Source of the DNA: an uncultured Anaerolineales bacterium
GTDB taxonomy: Bacteria; Planctomycetota; Phycisphaerae; FEN-1346
DNA: 64,000 nt
Assembly: GCA_964354185.1 (NCBI GenBank)
Contig: CAYGZE010000001.1
Span: 1,939-65,938 of the forward strand
Direction of reading: 5' to 3'
Below, in pieces: positions 17,600 to 25,473 of this stretch (position 1 is the first letter of the stretch; the number at the start of each line of letters is the position of its first letter). Both the position numbers and the translations under genes were made by a program. The notes below the pieces were generated by a model. It was not told where the DNA came from and ran no database searches. It worked only from the letters and a program-made list of their open reading frames with translations.

Positions 17600-18352
17600 C
17601 TACGTTACCAGGAACTCGCTCAGCCACTGGCCCAGGAGGGCCGTGAACCCGTTCAGGAGGGGCAGCAGGGCGGCCGCCATGAACAGCCCGAGCCCGACCC
17701 GCAGCGGCAGGCTCTCGAAGAGGATGTTCATCTCCGGCAGGATCCGCGACAGGACCGCCAGGACCACCGCCAGGACCAGGAAGGCCGCCAGCAGCGGGGC
17801 GGCCAGTTGCAGCGCGAACGTGAGCATGAGCGTCCCCGCCTCGACGATCATCTCGGCCAGCGCGCCGGCCGAGGGCCATCCCCCGACGGGGAAGGCCTCG
17901 TAACTGCGCGCCATCAGGCGCAGCATCCACTGGTGCCCACCCGCGACCAGCAGGAGCACCGTGAAGCAGGACTCCAGGATCATGCCGAGCGGGTCCGATT
18001 CCTCGCCGGTCATCGGGTCGATGATCTCTGCCAGGGACATGCCCATCTGCTGATGGATGACGAGGCCCGCCTGGCTGACCGCGGCGAAGACCAGGGCCAC
18101 CGCCAGCGCGAGGCCGGCCCCGATGAGGATCTCCTGGACCACGACAAGCGCGACCGCCACCCAGCCCGCCCCGACCAGCGCCGGCGCCGGCGGGATCACC
18201 GACGCCAGCACCAGGCTCACCGCCAGGGCGATGCCGATCCGCAGCGGCACGGGCGCGCTCGACGAGCTGAAGACGGGCAGCACGGCGATGAACCCGGAAA
18301 CCCGGGCCAGCACCACCATGAACGCCGTCACCAGGTTGGTCGGCGCATCCAT
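17600..18352 (-). CDS. fliR: flagellar export apparatus protein FliR
   Basis: 250-aa polytopic membrane protein with the typical FliR profile, in order fliPQR-flhBA. Confidence 0.88.
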   Translation of the reverse strand: MDAPTNLVTAFMVVLARVSGFIAVLPVFSSSSAPVPLRIGIALAVSLVLASVIPPAPALVGAGWVAVALVVVQEILIGAGLALAVALVFAAVSQAGLVIHQQMGMSLAEIIDPMTGEESDPLGMILESCFTVLLLVAGGHQWMLRLMARSYEAFPVGGWPSAGALAEMIVEAGTLMLTFALQLAAPLLAAFLVLAVVLAVLSRILPEMNILFESLPLRVGLGLFMAAALLPLLNGFTALLGQWLSEFLVT

Positions 18353-18355
18353 CGG

Positions 18356-18625
18356 TCAGTGCCCCATGACCTGGATGTAGTCGAAGACCTCGCGGGCGAA
18401 GTCCAGCGTGATTTGGAGGGCCCACCCGGCCGTCAGGAGGATCGTCACGGCGACGCCGGCCAGTTTCAGGACCATGCCCAGCGTCATGTCGCGCACGGAC
18501 GTGACGGCCTGGACCATGGCGGTCGCAATGCCGATGATCAGCGTGACGGCCAGGACCGGCGCCGACACCAAGAGCGCCACCTCCAGCGACCGCCGACCCA
18601 GGTGCAGCACGAGATCGCCGTCCAC
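18356..18625 (-). CDS. fliQ: flagellar export apparatus protein FliQ
   Basis: 89 aa, two TM helices (LEVALLVSAPVLAVTLIIGIATAMVQAVTSVRDMTLGMVLKLAGVAVTILL) matching FliQ. Confidence 0.9.
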   Translation of the reverse strand: MDGDLVLHLGRRSLEVALLVSAPVLAVTLIIGIATAMVQAVTSVRDMTLGMVLKLAGVAVTILLTAGWALQITLDFAREVFDYIQVMGH

Positions 18626-18634
18626 GCCATGCCC

Positions 18635-19462
18635 TCACGAGAAACTGGTGACGAGGTTCTGGGCCAACAGCGACCAGCCGTCCATCAGCACGAACAGGAT
18701 GATCTTCAGGGGCAGGCTCACGATGACGGGCGGCAGCATCATCATGCCCGCGCTCAGCAGGATCCCCGCCACCACCAGATCGATCAGCAGGAAGGGGATG
18801 AACAGCAGGCATCCCATCTCGAAGGCGGTCCGGAACTCGCTGACGGCGAAGGCGGGGATCGCGACGTGCAGGGGCACGTCGGCCGGGCCCTGCGGCTTGG
18901 CGCCGGCCATGTCGATGAACAGCACGAGGTCGCTCTCGCGCGTCTGGCGGAGCATGAACGTCTTGACGTGTTCCGTGCCGCGCTCCGCCGCCGTCCGGAA
19001 ATCGATCCGGTCCGCCAGGTACGGCTGGACGGCGTCGGCGTTGATGCGGCTGAAGGTCGGCGCCATCGTGAACAGCGTCAGGAACAGCGCAAGGCCGATG
19101 ATCGCGATCGTCGGCGGGATGTTCTGGGTCGTCAGCGCCCGGCGCACGAACGACAGCACGATGACGATCCGCGTGAAACTGGTCATCATCACGAGGACGG
19201 CGGGCAGCACCGCCAGCCCCGTGAACACGACCGCGAGCCGGACGGGCGCCGACCACTCCTGGCCGCCGGCGCCGACCGACGTGGCCTTGTTGACGGCATC
19301 GACCACGTCGGCCAGTTCGGGAAGCGAGTCGCCGCCGCCCGGGCCCGAAGGAACGGTGGGGCCTGTGGGAGTGGGGGGTGGGGCGGGCGCCGGGGCGGCG
19401 GCGGCGGTGATCGGCATGGCCGTCAGCACGAGGACCAGGATGACCCACCGCGCGGGCGTCAT
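18635..19462 (-). CDS. fliP: flagellar export apparatus protein FliP
   Basis: Starts at MTPARWVILVL, 1 nt before the fliO TGA stop. Signal peptide then conserved FliP motifs (VVFTGLAVLPAVLVMMTSFTRIVIVLSFVRRALTTQNIPP...GLALFLTLFTMAPT...). The track ORF has a spurious 5' extension. Confidence 0.9.
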   Translation of the reverse strand: MTPARWVILVLVLTAMPITAAAAPAPAPPPTPTGPTVPSGPGGGDSLPELADVVDAVNKATSVGAGGQEWSAPVRLAVVFTGLAVLPAVLVMMTSFTRIVIVLSFVRRALTTQNIPPTIAIIGLALFLTLFTMAPTFSRINADAVQPYLADRIDFRTAAERGTEHVKTFMLRQTRESDLVLFIDMAGAKPQGPADVPLHVAIPAFAVSEFRTAFEMGCLLFIPFLLIDLVVAGILLSAGMMMLPPVIVSLPLKIILFVLMDGWSLLAQNLVTSFS

Positions 19463-19986
19463 GGCTTCTCCTGCTCCTCGGGGGGCTCGGCGCCGGGGAC
19501 GGTGAACCGGAGCCGTTTCCCGCCGCCGGCGGGGCCCTCCGTGCCATCCAGTGACACGAATCCCGTGAGGTCGCTCAGCAGGCCCAGACCCTCGTTCGTC
19601 GCGCCGACGAGCAGGATCCGCTCTCCGATCCTCACCATGTGCAGCGACCGCCGCGGGCCGAGGTAGACGGTCTCGAGGACGTGGATGCGGCGGCCCTGGG
19701 TCACGCCGATGCGCGGCAGGACGCGCTTGATGACGAGGATCGCGACGACCCCGAGGACGAGGATGACGAACACGGCGCCGAGCGACTGGGCCACCACCCT
19801 GCCGAAGTCGCTGTCCGGCCGGCCGAACGCCGGCTTGCGGTCGGTCTTGCCGGAGGGCTCGTCCGCCGGCCGGTGCGTCTCGGGTTCTGCGGCGGGAGAG
19901 GTCGCCGGCGCGGCCCGGCTGGTGGCGGTCTCGGCCAGCAGAAGACAGAGGCCTGCCAGGGCGGCGATGGCCCAGCGTCGTGTCAT
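19459..19986 (-). CDS. fliO: flagellar biosynthesis protein FliO
   Basis: ~175 aa; N-terminal hydrophobic segment, a single TM (AVFVILVLGVVAILVIKRVLP) and the conserved C-terminal HMVRIGERILLVGATNEGLGLLSDL. It lies immediately upstream of fliP. Confidence 0.55.
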   Translation of the reverse strand: MTRRWAIAALAGLCLLLAETATSRAAPATSPAAEPETHRPADEPSGKTDRKPAFGRPDSDFGRVVAQSLGAVFVILVLGVVAILVIKRVLPRIGVTQGRRIHVLETVYLGPRRSLHMVRIGERILLVGATNEGLGLLSDLTGFVSLDGTEGPAGGGKRLRFTVPGAEPPEEQEKP

Positions 19987-20032
19987 GTGCCCACCTCGCG
20001 CGGTACAGATTCTGTGCCCGCGGCAACAGAAG

Positions 20033-20047
20033 GCACATGGCGTGCCA
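20033..20047 (-). promoter_or_regulatory. putative internal sigma-54 promoter for fliOPQR-flhBA
   Basis: Minus-strand TGGCAC-gccat-GTGCC (GG at -24 and GC at -12 with correct spacing) in the 166-bp fliN-fliO gap, ~50 nt upstream of the fliO start. Confidence 0.4.
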
Positions 20048-20152
20048 ACCGAAAACCGCCCTGGCGCTAGCGCCAAGGCGGTTCCTGGGTCGGCCTGGAC
20101 AGGCGAAAATCAGACGCCGCGCCCGAAAAGTTGACGCAGCCGGGCCGGCGGG

Positions 20153-20569
20153 TCAGGCTGGGGCCTGCGCCGCCTCCGCCGGGGCGGGCCGGAGGACCTC
20201 CTTGATGCGGACGCCCAGGTGCTCCCCGACGCACACGAGGGCTCCCGTGGCGAACAGGATGTCGTTCAGGTACAGGTCCACGGGTTCGCCGGCGACGCGG
20301 TCGAGGGCGATGACCGCCCCGGGACCGAGTTCCAGGAGTTCGCGGACGGGCATCGTGGCCGACCCGAGGGTAGCCGTGATCCGGACCTTGGTGTCGAGGA
20401 GGACGTTGATCTGGCCGGCGGCCTGAGTGGCGCCGCCGGGGGCCGCCTCGGCCAGTTCGGCGTCGCTGACCTCGACGGCGGGCGCCTCGGTCGGCGGCGT
20501 CTCGGCCTGCGGTGTCTCGGCGGCGGGCGTCTCTTCCTGTTTTGGGTCGGCGGCGGTCGTCTGGGTCAT
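20153..20569 (-). CDS. fliN: flagellar motor switch protein FliN
   Basis: 138 aa; C-terminal SpoA domain LLDTKVRITATLGSATMPVRELLELGPGAVIALDRVAGEPVDLYLNDILFATGALVCVGEHLGVRIKEVL. Confidence 0.88.
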   Translation of the reverse strand: MTQTTAADPKQEETPAAETPQAETPPTEAPAVEVSDAELAEAAPGGATQAAGQINVLLDTKVRITATLGSATMPVRELLELGPGAVIALDRVAGEPVDLYLNDILFATGALVCVGEHLGVRIKEVLRPAPAEAAQAPA

Positions 20570-20606
20570 CTTCGAGTTCCTTTCATCGGCTCGTCCCGGG
20601 CGGCGT

Positions 20607-21572
20607 TCAGACCTTCGCGCGCGGGTGTCGCCTCGTGTCTTCGACCTGGACGGCGTACCGGCCTTTGCAGAGGACCGGGCTGCCGCGCAGCACCGTCTGC
20701 CCCTGGACCGCGACCTCGACGGCCTCCGTGGCCTGCGTGTCGAGGACGAGCACGTCGCCGGTTTCGAGGGCGACGAGGTCGCGGACAGGGACCTCGGCGC
20801 AGCCGAGGCAGGCCGTGACGGTCACGCTGGCCTGTTCCAGGTGGTGGAGGATGGCCTCGCGCGTCTCGGCCGGGGTCGGCGCCCGCGTCGCGCCTTCGCC
20901 GGGGCGGGCGATGGGGTCCAGAAGTTCGCTTCGCAGGACGAAGGTGATCTCGCCGGCATCCTGATCGCCAAGCGGCCGCAGGGCCAGCGCCCAGAGGTTC
21001 TGGTCGGGCGGGCCGGGCATCGGCTCGTCGGGCGGCAGGATCTGTTCGGCGTGCTGGATCGCGGGTCCGCCGGCGCTGGCGCTTGCGGCCGAGAGGGCGC
21101 GGGTCATGGCGGCGGCCAGGTCCAGCAGGAGCGCGTTCTCGAGGGGCGAGAGGTCGCGGCGCTCGGCGCCGGCCGCTCCTTCGCCGCCGAGGAGTTGCCC
21201 GACCCATCGCAGGGCCGGCCCGGCGGCGAGGCGCAACACGCCGGCGGGGTTTCCGGCGGCGTCGTGGAGCGGAACGCGGTAGCCCTTTGCATCGTCCGCC
21301 CGCGCAGCAGCGGGATAGCACTCCGCGGGCGGGGAGGCTGCCAGGGGGACCTCCGTCCGCGTGAGGGACGACACTGCCTTGGCGATGTCCCGGGCCGCAC
21401 GCCGCGTGAACTCCTCCAGCCGCGCCCGCTGGCCGGGTGTGAAGCGGTGGGGCCGCGCCCAGTCGTACTCGGCGGCCGCGACGTCGGGCCGGCGGGCGGG
21501 GCTGCGGCTGCGGGCCACCGCCCGCAGGCGCTCCAGGATCTGAAGGTCTCGCGCTCGTTCGTGGGCGTTCAT
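20607..21572 (-). CDS. fliM: flagellar motor switch protein FliM
   Basis: Likely start MNAHERARDLQILERL, which overlaps the fliL stop (ATGA). Middle CheC-like domain and a C-terminal SpoA-like domain (VTVTACLGCAEVPVRDLVALETGDVLVLD). The longer track ORF start lies inside fliL. Confidence 0.85.
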   Translation of the reverse strand: MNAHERARDLQILERLRAVARSRSPARRPDVAAAEYDWARPHRFTPGQRARLEEFTRRAARDIAKAVSSLTRTEVPLAASPPAECYPAAARADDAKGYRVPLHDAAGNPAGVLRLAAGPALRWVGQLLGGEGAAGAERRDLSPLENALLLDLAAAMTRALSAASASAGGPAIQHAEQILPPDEPMPGPPDQNLWALALRPLGDQDAGEITFVLRSELLDPIARPGEGATRAPTPAETREAILHHLEQASVTVTACLGCAEVPVRDLVALETGDVLVLDTQATEAVEVAVQGQTVLRGSPVLCKGRYAVQVEDTRRHPRAKV

Positions 21573-22120
21573 GCCACCGTCAGTTTCTTGAACAGGACGT
21601 TCCGGATTTGGGGCTTCGCATCGGGCCACAGCCGCGTGTTGAGGCCGTCGAGAATCTCGCGCTGGAGCCGGTTCAGGTTGGCCGCGCCCCGCAGGTCGTC
21701 CAGGGAGCAACTGGCGAAGTAGACGGTCAGCCAGTTCATCAGGGTCGGCTTGCGGGCGTCGATCAGGGCCTTGACTGCCTCGAAGTCGTTCGAGGCGACC
21801 TCAAGGGTGACGACGACGCAGATGTATCGGGCGAGGCGCGGCTCGTCGAGGTTGACGGTGATGGCGTCGAAGTCGATGTACTGGTACGGCTCCGGGGCGG
21901 GGGGCTTCGGTCCCGCGTCGGCGGCCTCCGGCTGGGGCGCGGGGGCCGGGGCGCCGCCGTATCCGGCGAGCACGGCCGCGCCGTACCCCGCGCCGGCGGC
22001 GATGACCATCACGCCGGCGCAGAGGACGATGAACAGCCGTCCCTTGCCGCCGGGGGATGGGAGTCCCTTGCCGTCGAGGACGGGTTCTTGGTTCTTCGCG
22101 TCCTGCGCTGCTTTTGCCAT
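21569..22120 (-). CDS. fliL: flagellar basal-body-associated protein FliL
   Basis: Start MAKAAQDAKN with RBS AAGGAG. Single TM (RLFIVLCAGVMVIAAGAG), a Pro/Ala linker, then the conserved FliL core (YIDFDAITVNLDEPRLARYICVVVTLEVASNDFEAVKALIDARKPTLMNWLTVYFA). Confidence 0.75.
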   Translation of the reverse strand: MAKAAQDAKNQEPVLDGKGLPSPGGKGRLFIVLCAGVMVIAAGAGYGAAVLAGYGGAPAPAPQPEAADAGPKPPAPEPYQYIDFDAITVNLDEPRLARYICVVVTLEVASNDFEAVKALIDARKPTLMNWLTVYFASCSLDDLRGAANLNRLQREILDGLNTRLWPDAKPQIRNVLFKKLTVA

Positions 22121-22128
22121 GGCTTGGT

Positions 22129-22890
22129 TTACTCCTTTGTCGTGGCTTCCGTCACCGCAATGAGGACATAGACCCGCCCGGGCCCCTTGCCGGCCGCCAG
22201 GTGCCACCGTCCGCCCGACCCGGCGCCCGAGAAGTCGACCCGGGCGCCTCGGTGCCGCGCGTTCGCGTCGATGGCCGCGGCAAGGAACGTGCCGGCGGCC
22301 TTGGCGCGCTCGGCCGACAGGAGCCACTGTCCCGTGGGATCGGGCTCGTCGGGCGCCAGGCCGATGACCTGGAGGACGGTCGTGTGCCCGCCGGCCGGTG
22401 GCTTGAGGCAGGTCACCAGGTCGAGCAGGAACTCCTTCGCCTGGGCGTCGAGCGTCGCGTCGGATGGCTGGAACGCGATCGGCGTGGTGAGGAGGCGCGG
22501 CGGGGGGCCGTCGTCATTCGTCGCTTTCGTCTCGGCCAGGTGGCGCAGGTCGTCGAACACCTTGCGGATCTTCTCGTCCTCGGTGTCGATGACGCGCTCC
22601 TGGTCGAGGTTCTCAGGGTCCTCCTCCATCGGATACTTGGTGCGGATGTTTCCGAAATCGACCCTCTCGTCCTGGCCTGCGAGCAAGTCGGGAATCCCCA
22701 GGTAGTCGATGGCGCGGCGGAAGCCGCCCCGCAGCGTAAGAAACTTGGAGGACGCGTCCGGGTGGGTGGCCATGGCCTGGAGCATGATGAAGAAGGATAG
22801 GAGCAGGGTGGTCATGTCGGTGAACGACACGATCCAGGACGGGAGTCCACCCCCACTTTCACCGCTGGGTCTCCTCCGCAGAACGTTCAC
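22129..22890 (-). CDS. second MotB-like stator protein (MotB paralogue; OmpA-like C-terminal domain)
   Basis: GTG start overlapping the stop of the first motB (GTGA). N-terminal MotB plug/TM (PSWIVSFTDMTTLLLSFFIMLQ) plus a C-terminal OmpA-like peptidoglycan-binding region. It is distinct from, and only distantly similar to, the upstream motB. Confidence 0.65.
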   Translation of the reverse strand: MNVLRRRPSGESGGGLPSWIVSFTDMTTLLLSFFIMLQAMATHPDASSKFLTLRGGFRRAIDYLGIPDLLAGQDERVDFGNIRTKYPMEEDPENLDQERVIDTEDEKIRKVFDDLRHLAETKATNDDGPPPRLLTTPIAFQPSDATLDAQAKEFLLDLVTCLKPPAGGHTTVLQVIGLAPDEPDPTGQWLLSAERAKAAGTFLAAAIDANARHRGARVDFSGAGSGGRWHLAAGKGPGRVYVLIAVTEATTKE

Positions 22891-23567
22891 GGGCACACCT
22901 TTGGGTTCAGGATCGCCAGGGTGACGACCGGCTCGACTTCGGCGCGGGAGCCGCTTTCCCCGACGGCCGTGGAGATACTGAACCGGCCGGACTCGATCCG
23001 CTCGGCCTCGGTCAGGTGCCGGACGATGGCCAGGGCCCTCTGGAGCGCGCGGTCCTCGGCATCCGCGGTCGACGGCCCGGCGGCCACGGTCTCGCAGACC
23101 ACGACCTGGCTGGGGACCAGGCGCAGGTAGGCCGCCGCCTCGGCGAGGAGGGTTTTGCCCTGGGGCGTGACCTGGGCGCCCTGGCCCCAGAAGAGCACGT
23201 CGCTCGGGATGGTGAGGACGCGGCGGTCGCAGTAGGCGTCGGCGCTGCGCACGGGCTCGGGTTTCCGGGGTCGGTAGGTGGGGTCGAGCCGGTCGAAGGT
23301 CGGGACCTCCTGGCCCTCCTCGGTCCGGTCCACCACGGTCGGGGCCCGATCCACGGGCGACTCGAGGGCGAATCGGCGCCTGGCCATGACGGACGGGTCG
23401 GACGGCCCGTCGAACATGCCGACCAGGCGCCCCCCGGCCTCGGTGTCGAACGAGGAGAACGCCAGGAGCAGGACGAAGAATGTCAAGAGCAGGGTCATGC
23501 AGTCGCTGAACGTGACCATCCACTCGTTGCACGAGGACTCCGGCGGGGGCGGTCTTCGGGCTGGCAT
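22887..23567 (-). CDS. motB: flagellar stator protein MotB
   Basis: 226 aa; NEWMVTFSDCMTLLLTFFVLLLAF is the canonical MotB N-terminus and TM, followed by a C-terminal OmpA-like domain. It lies immediately downstream of motA (1-nt gap). Confidence 0.82.
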   Translation of the reverse strand: MPARRPPPPESSCNEWMVTFSDCMTLLLTFFVLLLAFSSFDTEAGGRLVGMFDGPSDPSVMARRRFALESPVDRAPTVVDRTEEGQEVPTFDRLDPTYRPRKPEPVRSADAYCDRRVLTIPSDVLFWGQGAQVTPQGKTLLAEAAAYLRLVPSQVVVCETVAAGPSTADAEDRALQRALAIVRHLTEAERIESGRFSISTAVGESGSRAEVEPVVTLAILNPKVCP

Positions 23568-23568
23568 G

Positions 23569-24339
23569 TCAGACCTCCGGTTTCAGTTCTGTGCGGTGCC
23601 GGGAGGACACGAACGCCTGCATCCGCTCTCGGACGGCCGTGGGTCCCTCGCCGCGCACCACGGCCAGGAGGCCCTCGATGAGCATCTCCTTCTGGAGCGA
23701 CTCGCCCTTGGAGCGCAGGCCGAGTTTCCCCGCCAGGGGAATGAAGACGAGGTTGGACAGGAGGGCGCCGTAGAAGGTGGTGATCAGGGCGGTGGCCATG
23801 CCGACGCCGATGCCGCTGGGGTCCGAGAGGTTCCGCAGCATCTGCACGAGGCCGATGAGCGTTCCGATCATGCCGAAGGCGGGCGCGCTGCCGCCCATGA
23901 ACTCCAGGATCTTCTTGCCGTCCTGGTGGCGCTCCTGGAGGTACTGGACCTCCAGGCCGAGTTGCTTCCCGATGGCGTCCTCATTCTGGCCGTCGATGAG
24001 CATCTGCATGCCCTTAATGAGGAACGGGTCGCGCAGGCCCCGGACCTGCTCCTCGAGGGCGAGGGGCCCGTCGCGGCGGCTGATGGCGGCGTAGTTGACC
24101 ATCTGCTGGACCAGCGCCTGCTCGCTCGGCAGTTGGTCGAACACGGCCTTCTTGACGACGGAGAAGATCCGGAGGACCTGTCCCATGGAGAAGTGAATCA
24201 TGGTGGCGGAGAGCATCCCGCCGACCGTAATCAGGACGGAGGGGATGTCGAAGAAGACGCCCATGCCCCCGCCGCCGTACATGGAGACGAGGATGCACGT
24301 GGACCCCGCGATCAGCCCCACGATCGTCGCAATATCCAT
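23569..24339 (-). CDS. motA: flagellar stator protein MotA/PomA
   Basis: 256 aa; four TM helices and the conserved MotA/TolQ/ExbB core (GGSAPAFGMIGTLIGLVQML...GVGMATALITTFYGALLSNLVFIPLAGKL). Confidence 0.9.
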   Translation of the reverse strand: MDIATIVGLIAGSTCILVSMYGGGGMGVFFDIPSVLITVGGMLSATMIHFSMGQVLRIFSVVKKAVFDQLPSEQALVQQMVNYAAISRRDGPLALEEQVRGLRDPFLIKGMQMLIDGQNEDAIGKQLGLEVQYLQERHQDGKKILEFMGGSAPAFGMIGTLIGLVQMLRNLSDPSGIGVGMATALITTFYGALLSNLVFIPLAGKLGLRSKGESLQKEMLIEGLLAVVRGEGPTAVRERMQAFVSSRHRTELKPEV

Positions 24340-24342
24340 GGT

Positions 24343-24996
24343 TCAGCCCTCGATGCGGACCCGTTTCATCATGTCGCTCAAGCGGGCGGCCTGCTCCTTG
24401 TCGCTCATCTCGGCCAGGACCTTGGCCACCGCGCGTTCCGTCATGTAATGGAGGATCTTGACCGCATCGATTTCCTGGCTGTTCTTGCACATGCTCTCGA
24501 AGATGCGGCTGGCGGCGTCGGCGGCCATTTTGTCGTAAATGGCGGCCGTGCGTTTGAGGTTGACTTCCTCGTCGCGGCGGAGGGCGACGCGGCTGCGATC
24601 GAGGGTGTCGCGCGCCTGCTTCAACTGGCTGACCTGGGTGGCCAACTCGACGCGGAGGTTCTCCAGTTCCGCGGTCTGTTTTTCGAGGTCCTGGCGCGCG
24701 ATGCCGAGCCGCCGCTGCTCTTCCTGAAGTTCCTTCTCGCGTCCCTCGCACTCGCGGAGTTTGCCCCGGACCTCGCGGATCAGGGCCTGGAGTGCCTGCT
24801 GCTCCGTCAGCGCGGACGGGTTGAGCAGCGTGGAGAGTTCCTCGGGCTGGGGGCCCTTGGCCGCCGCCTGAGGGGCCGGCTCGCCGGCCGCCTCGGTCGG
24901 TTTCGCCCCGAGCCAGTGGCTTGCCAGATAGGTGCCCGCGAAGGCGGCCCCGGCCAGGACGACCAGAACCAGGATCTTCAGCATCTTGCCGTGCAT
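24343..24996 (-). CDS. flagellar-operon protein with an MgtE-N-like domain (FlbB/MotE-like), membrane-anchored
   Basis: 217 aa; N-terminal TM (MLKILVLVVLAGAAFAGTYLA), a coiled coil, and a C-terminal AAIYDKMAADAASRIFESM...EIDAVKILHYMTERAVAKVLAEMSDKEQAARL that resembles the MgtE-N/FliG-C-like helical motif of flagellar FlbB/MotE proteins. Confidence 0.45.
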   Translation of the reverse strand: MHGKMLKILVLVVLAGAAFAGTYLASHWLGAKPTEAAGEPAPQAAAKGPQPEELSTLLNPSALTEQQALQALIREVRGKLRECEGREKELQEEQRRLGIARQDLEKQTAELENLRVELATQVSQLKQARDTLDRSRVALRRDEEVNLKRTAAIYDKMAADAASRIFESMCKNSQEIDAVKILHYMTERAVAKVLAEMSDKEQAARLSDMMKRVRIEG

Positions 24997-25005
24997 GGGC
25001 GTCTC

Positions 25006-25473
25006 CTATTCGAGGGCGGCAGCGGGTGACGGCGCTGCCTTTCGTGCGAAGGCGAGGTGGGCCTGCTCGTCGAACTCGCTCTGCTCGCGTTTGGCCACCT
25101 GCCGCAGGTAGTCTTCCCGTGCCTGTTCGCGCATGCGCTCGAGCGTCTCGCGCATGGACCGCGTCTGGAGGAATCGCTTCCGCTTGCGGGCTCGCTCGGC
25201 CTCGAGTTCGGCGAGGCGGGCGTCGAGGCGCCTCAGTTCGCGCTGCTCGCCGGCCGAGTAGGCCATGACGACCGCCTGCTCGGCGAGGCGGTCGGCCAGG
25301 GGGTGGCGGCCCACCTCCTCCAGGAGGATCCGCAGGGCCGTCCGGCGCTCGACAATCGCCCGGCGGACGCGGACGACGGCCTGGGCCAGGGCGAACAGTT
25401 CGCTCCTCAGGGCCTTCTCGCGCTGGGCGGTGATGTCCAGCACCCGCTCGAGTTTCCACCGGAACTTTTTCAT
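25006..25473 (-). CDS. fliJ: flagellar export protein FliJ
   Basis: 155-aa coiled coil beginning MKKFRWKLERVLDI (the FliJ signature F-R-[FW]-K-L-E-x-[VL]-L). Its start overlaps the fliI stop. Confidence 0.7.
   Translation of the reverse strand: MKKFRWKLERVLDITAQREKALRSELFALAQAVVRVRRAIVERRTALRILLEEVGRHPLADRLAEQAVVMAYSAGEQRELRRLDARLAELEAERARKRKRFLQTRSMRETLERMREQAREDYLRQVAKREQSEFDEQAHLAFARKAAPSPAAALE

Noticed and set aside
20607-21710. Long N-terminal extension of fliM (start at 21710) and of fliL (start at 22327) given by the ORF track
   Set aside because: The extensions overlap the preceding genes (fliL, motB2) and are low complexity. Internal ATGs with an RBS (fliL) or an ATGA coupling (fliM) give proteins of canonical length.
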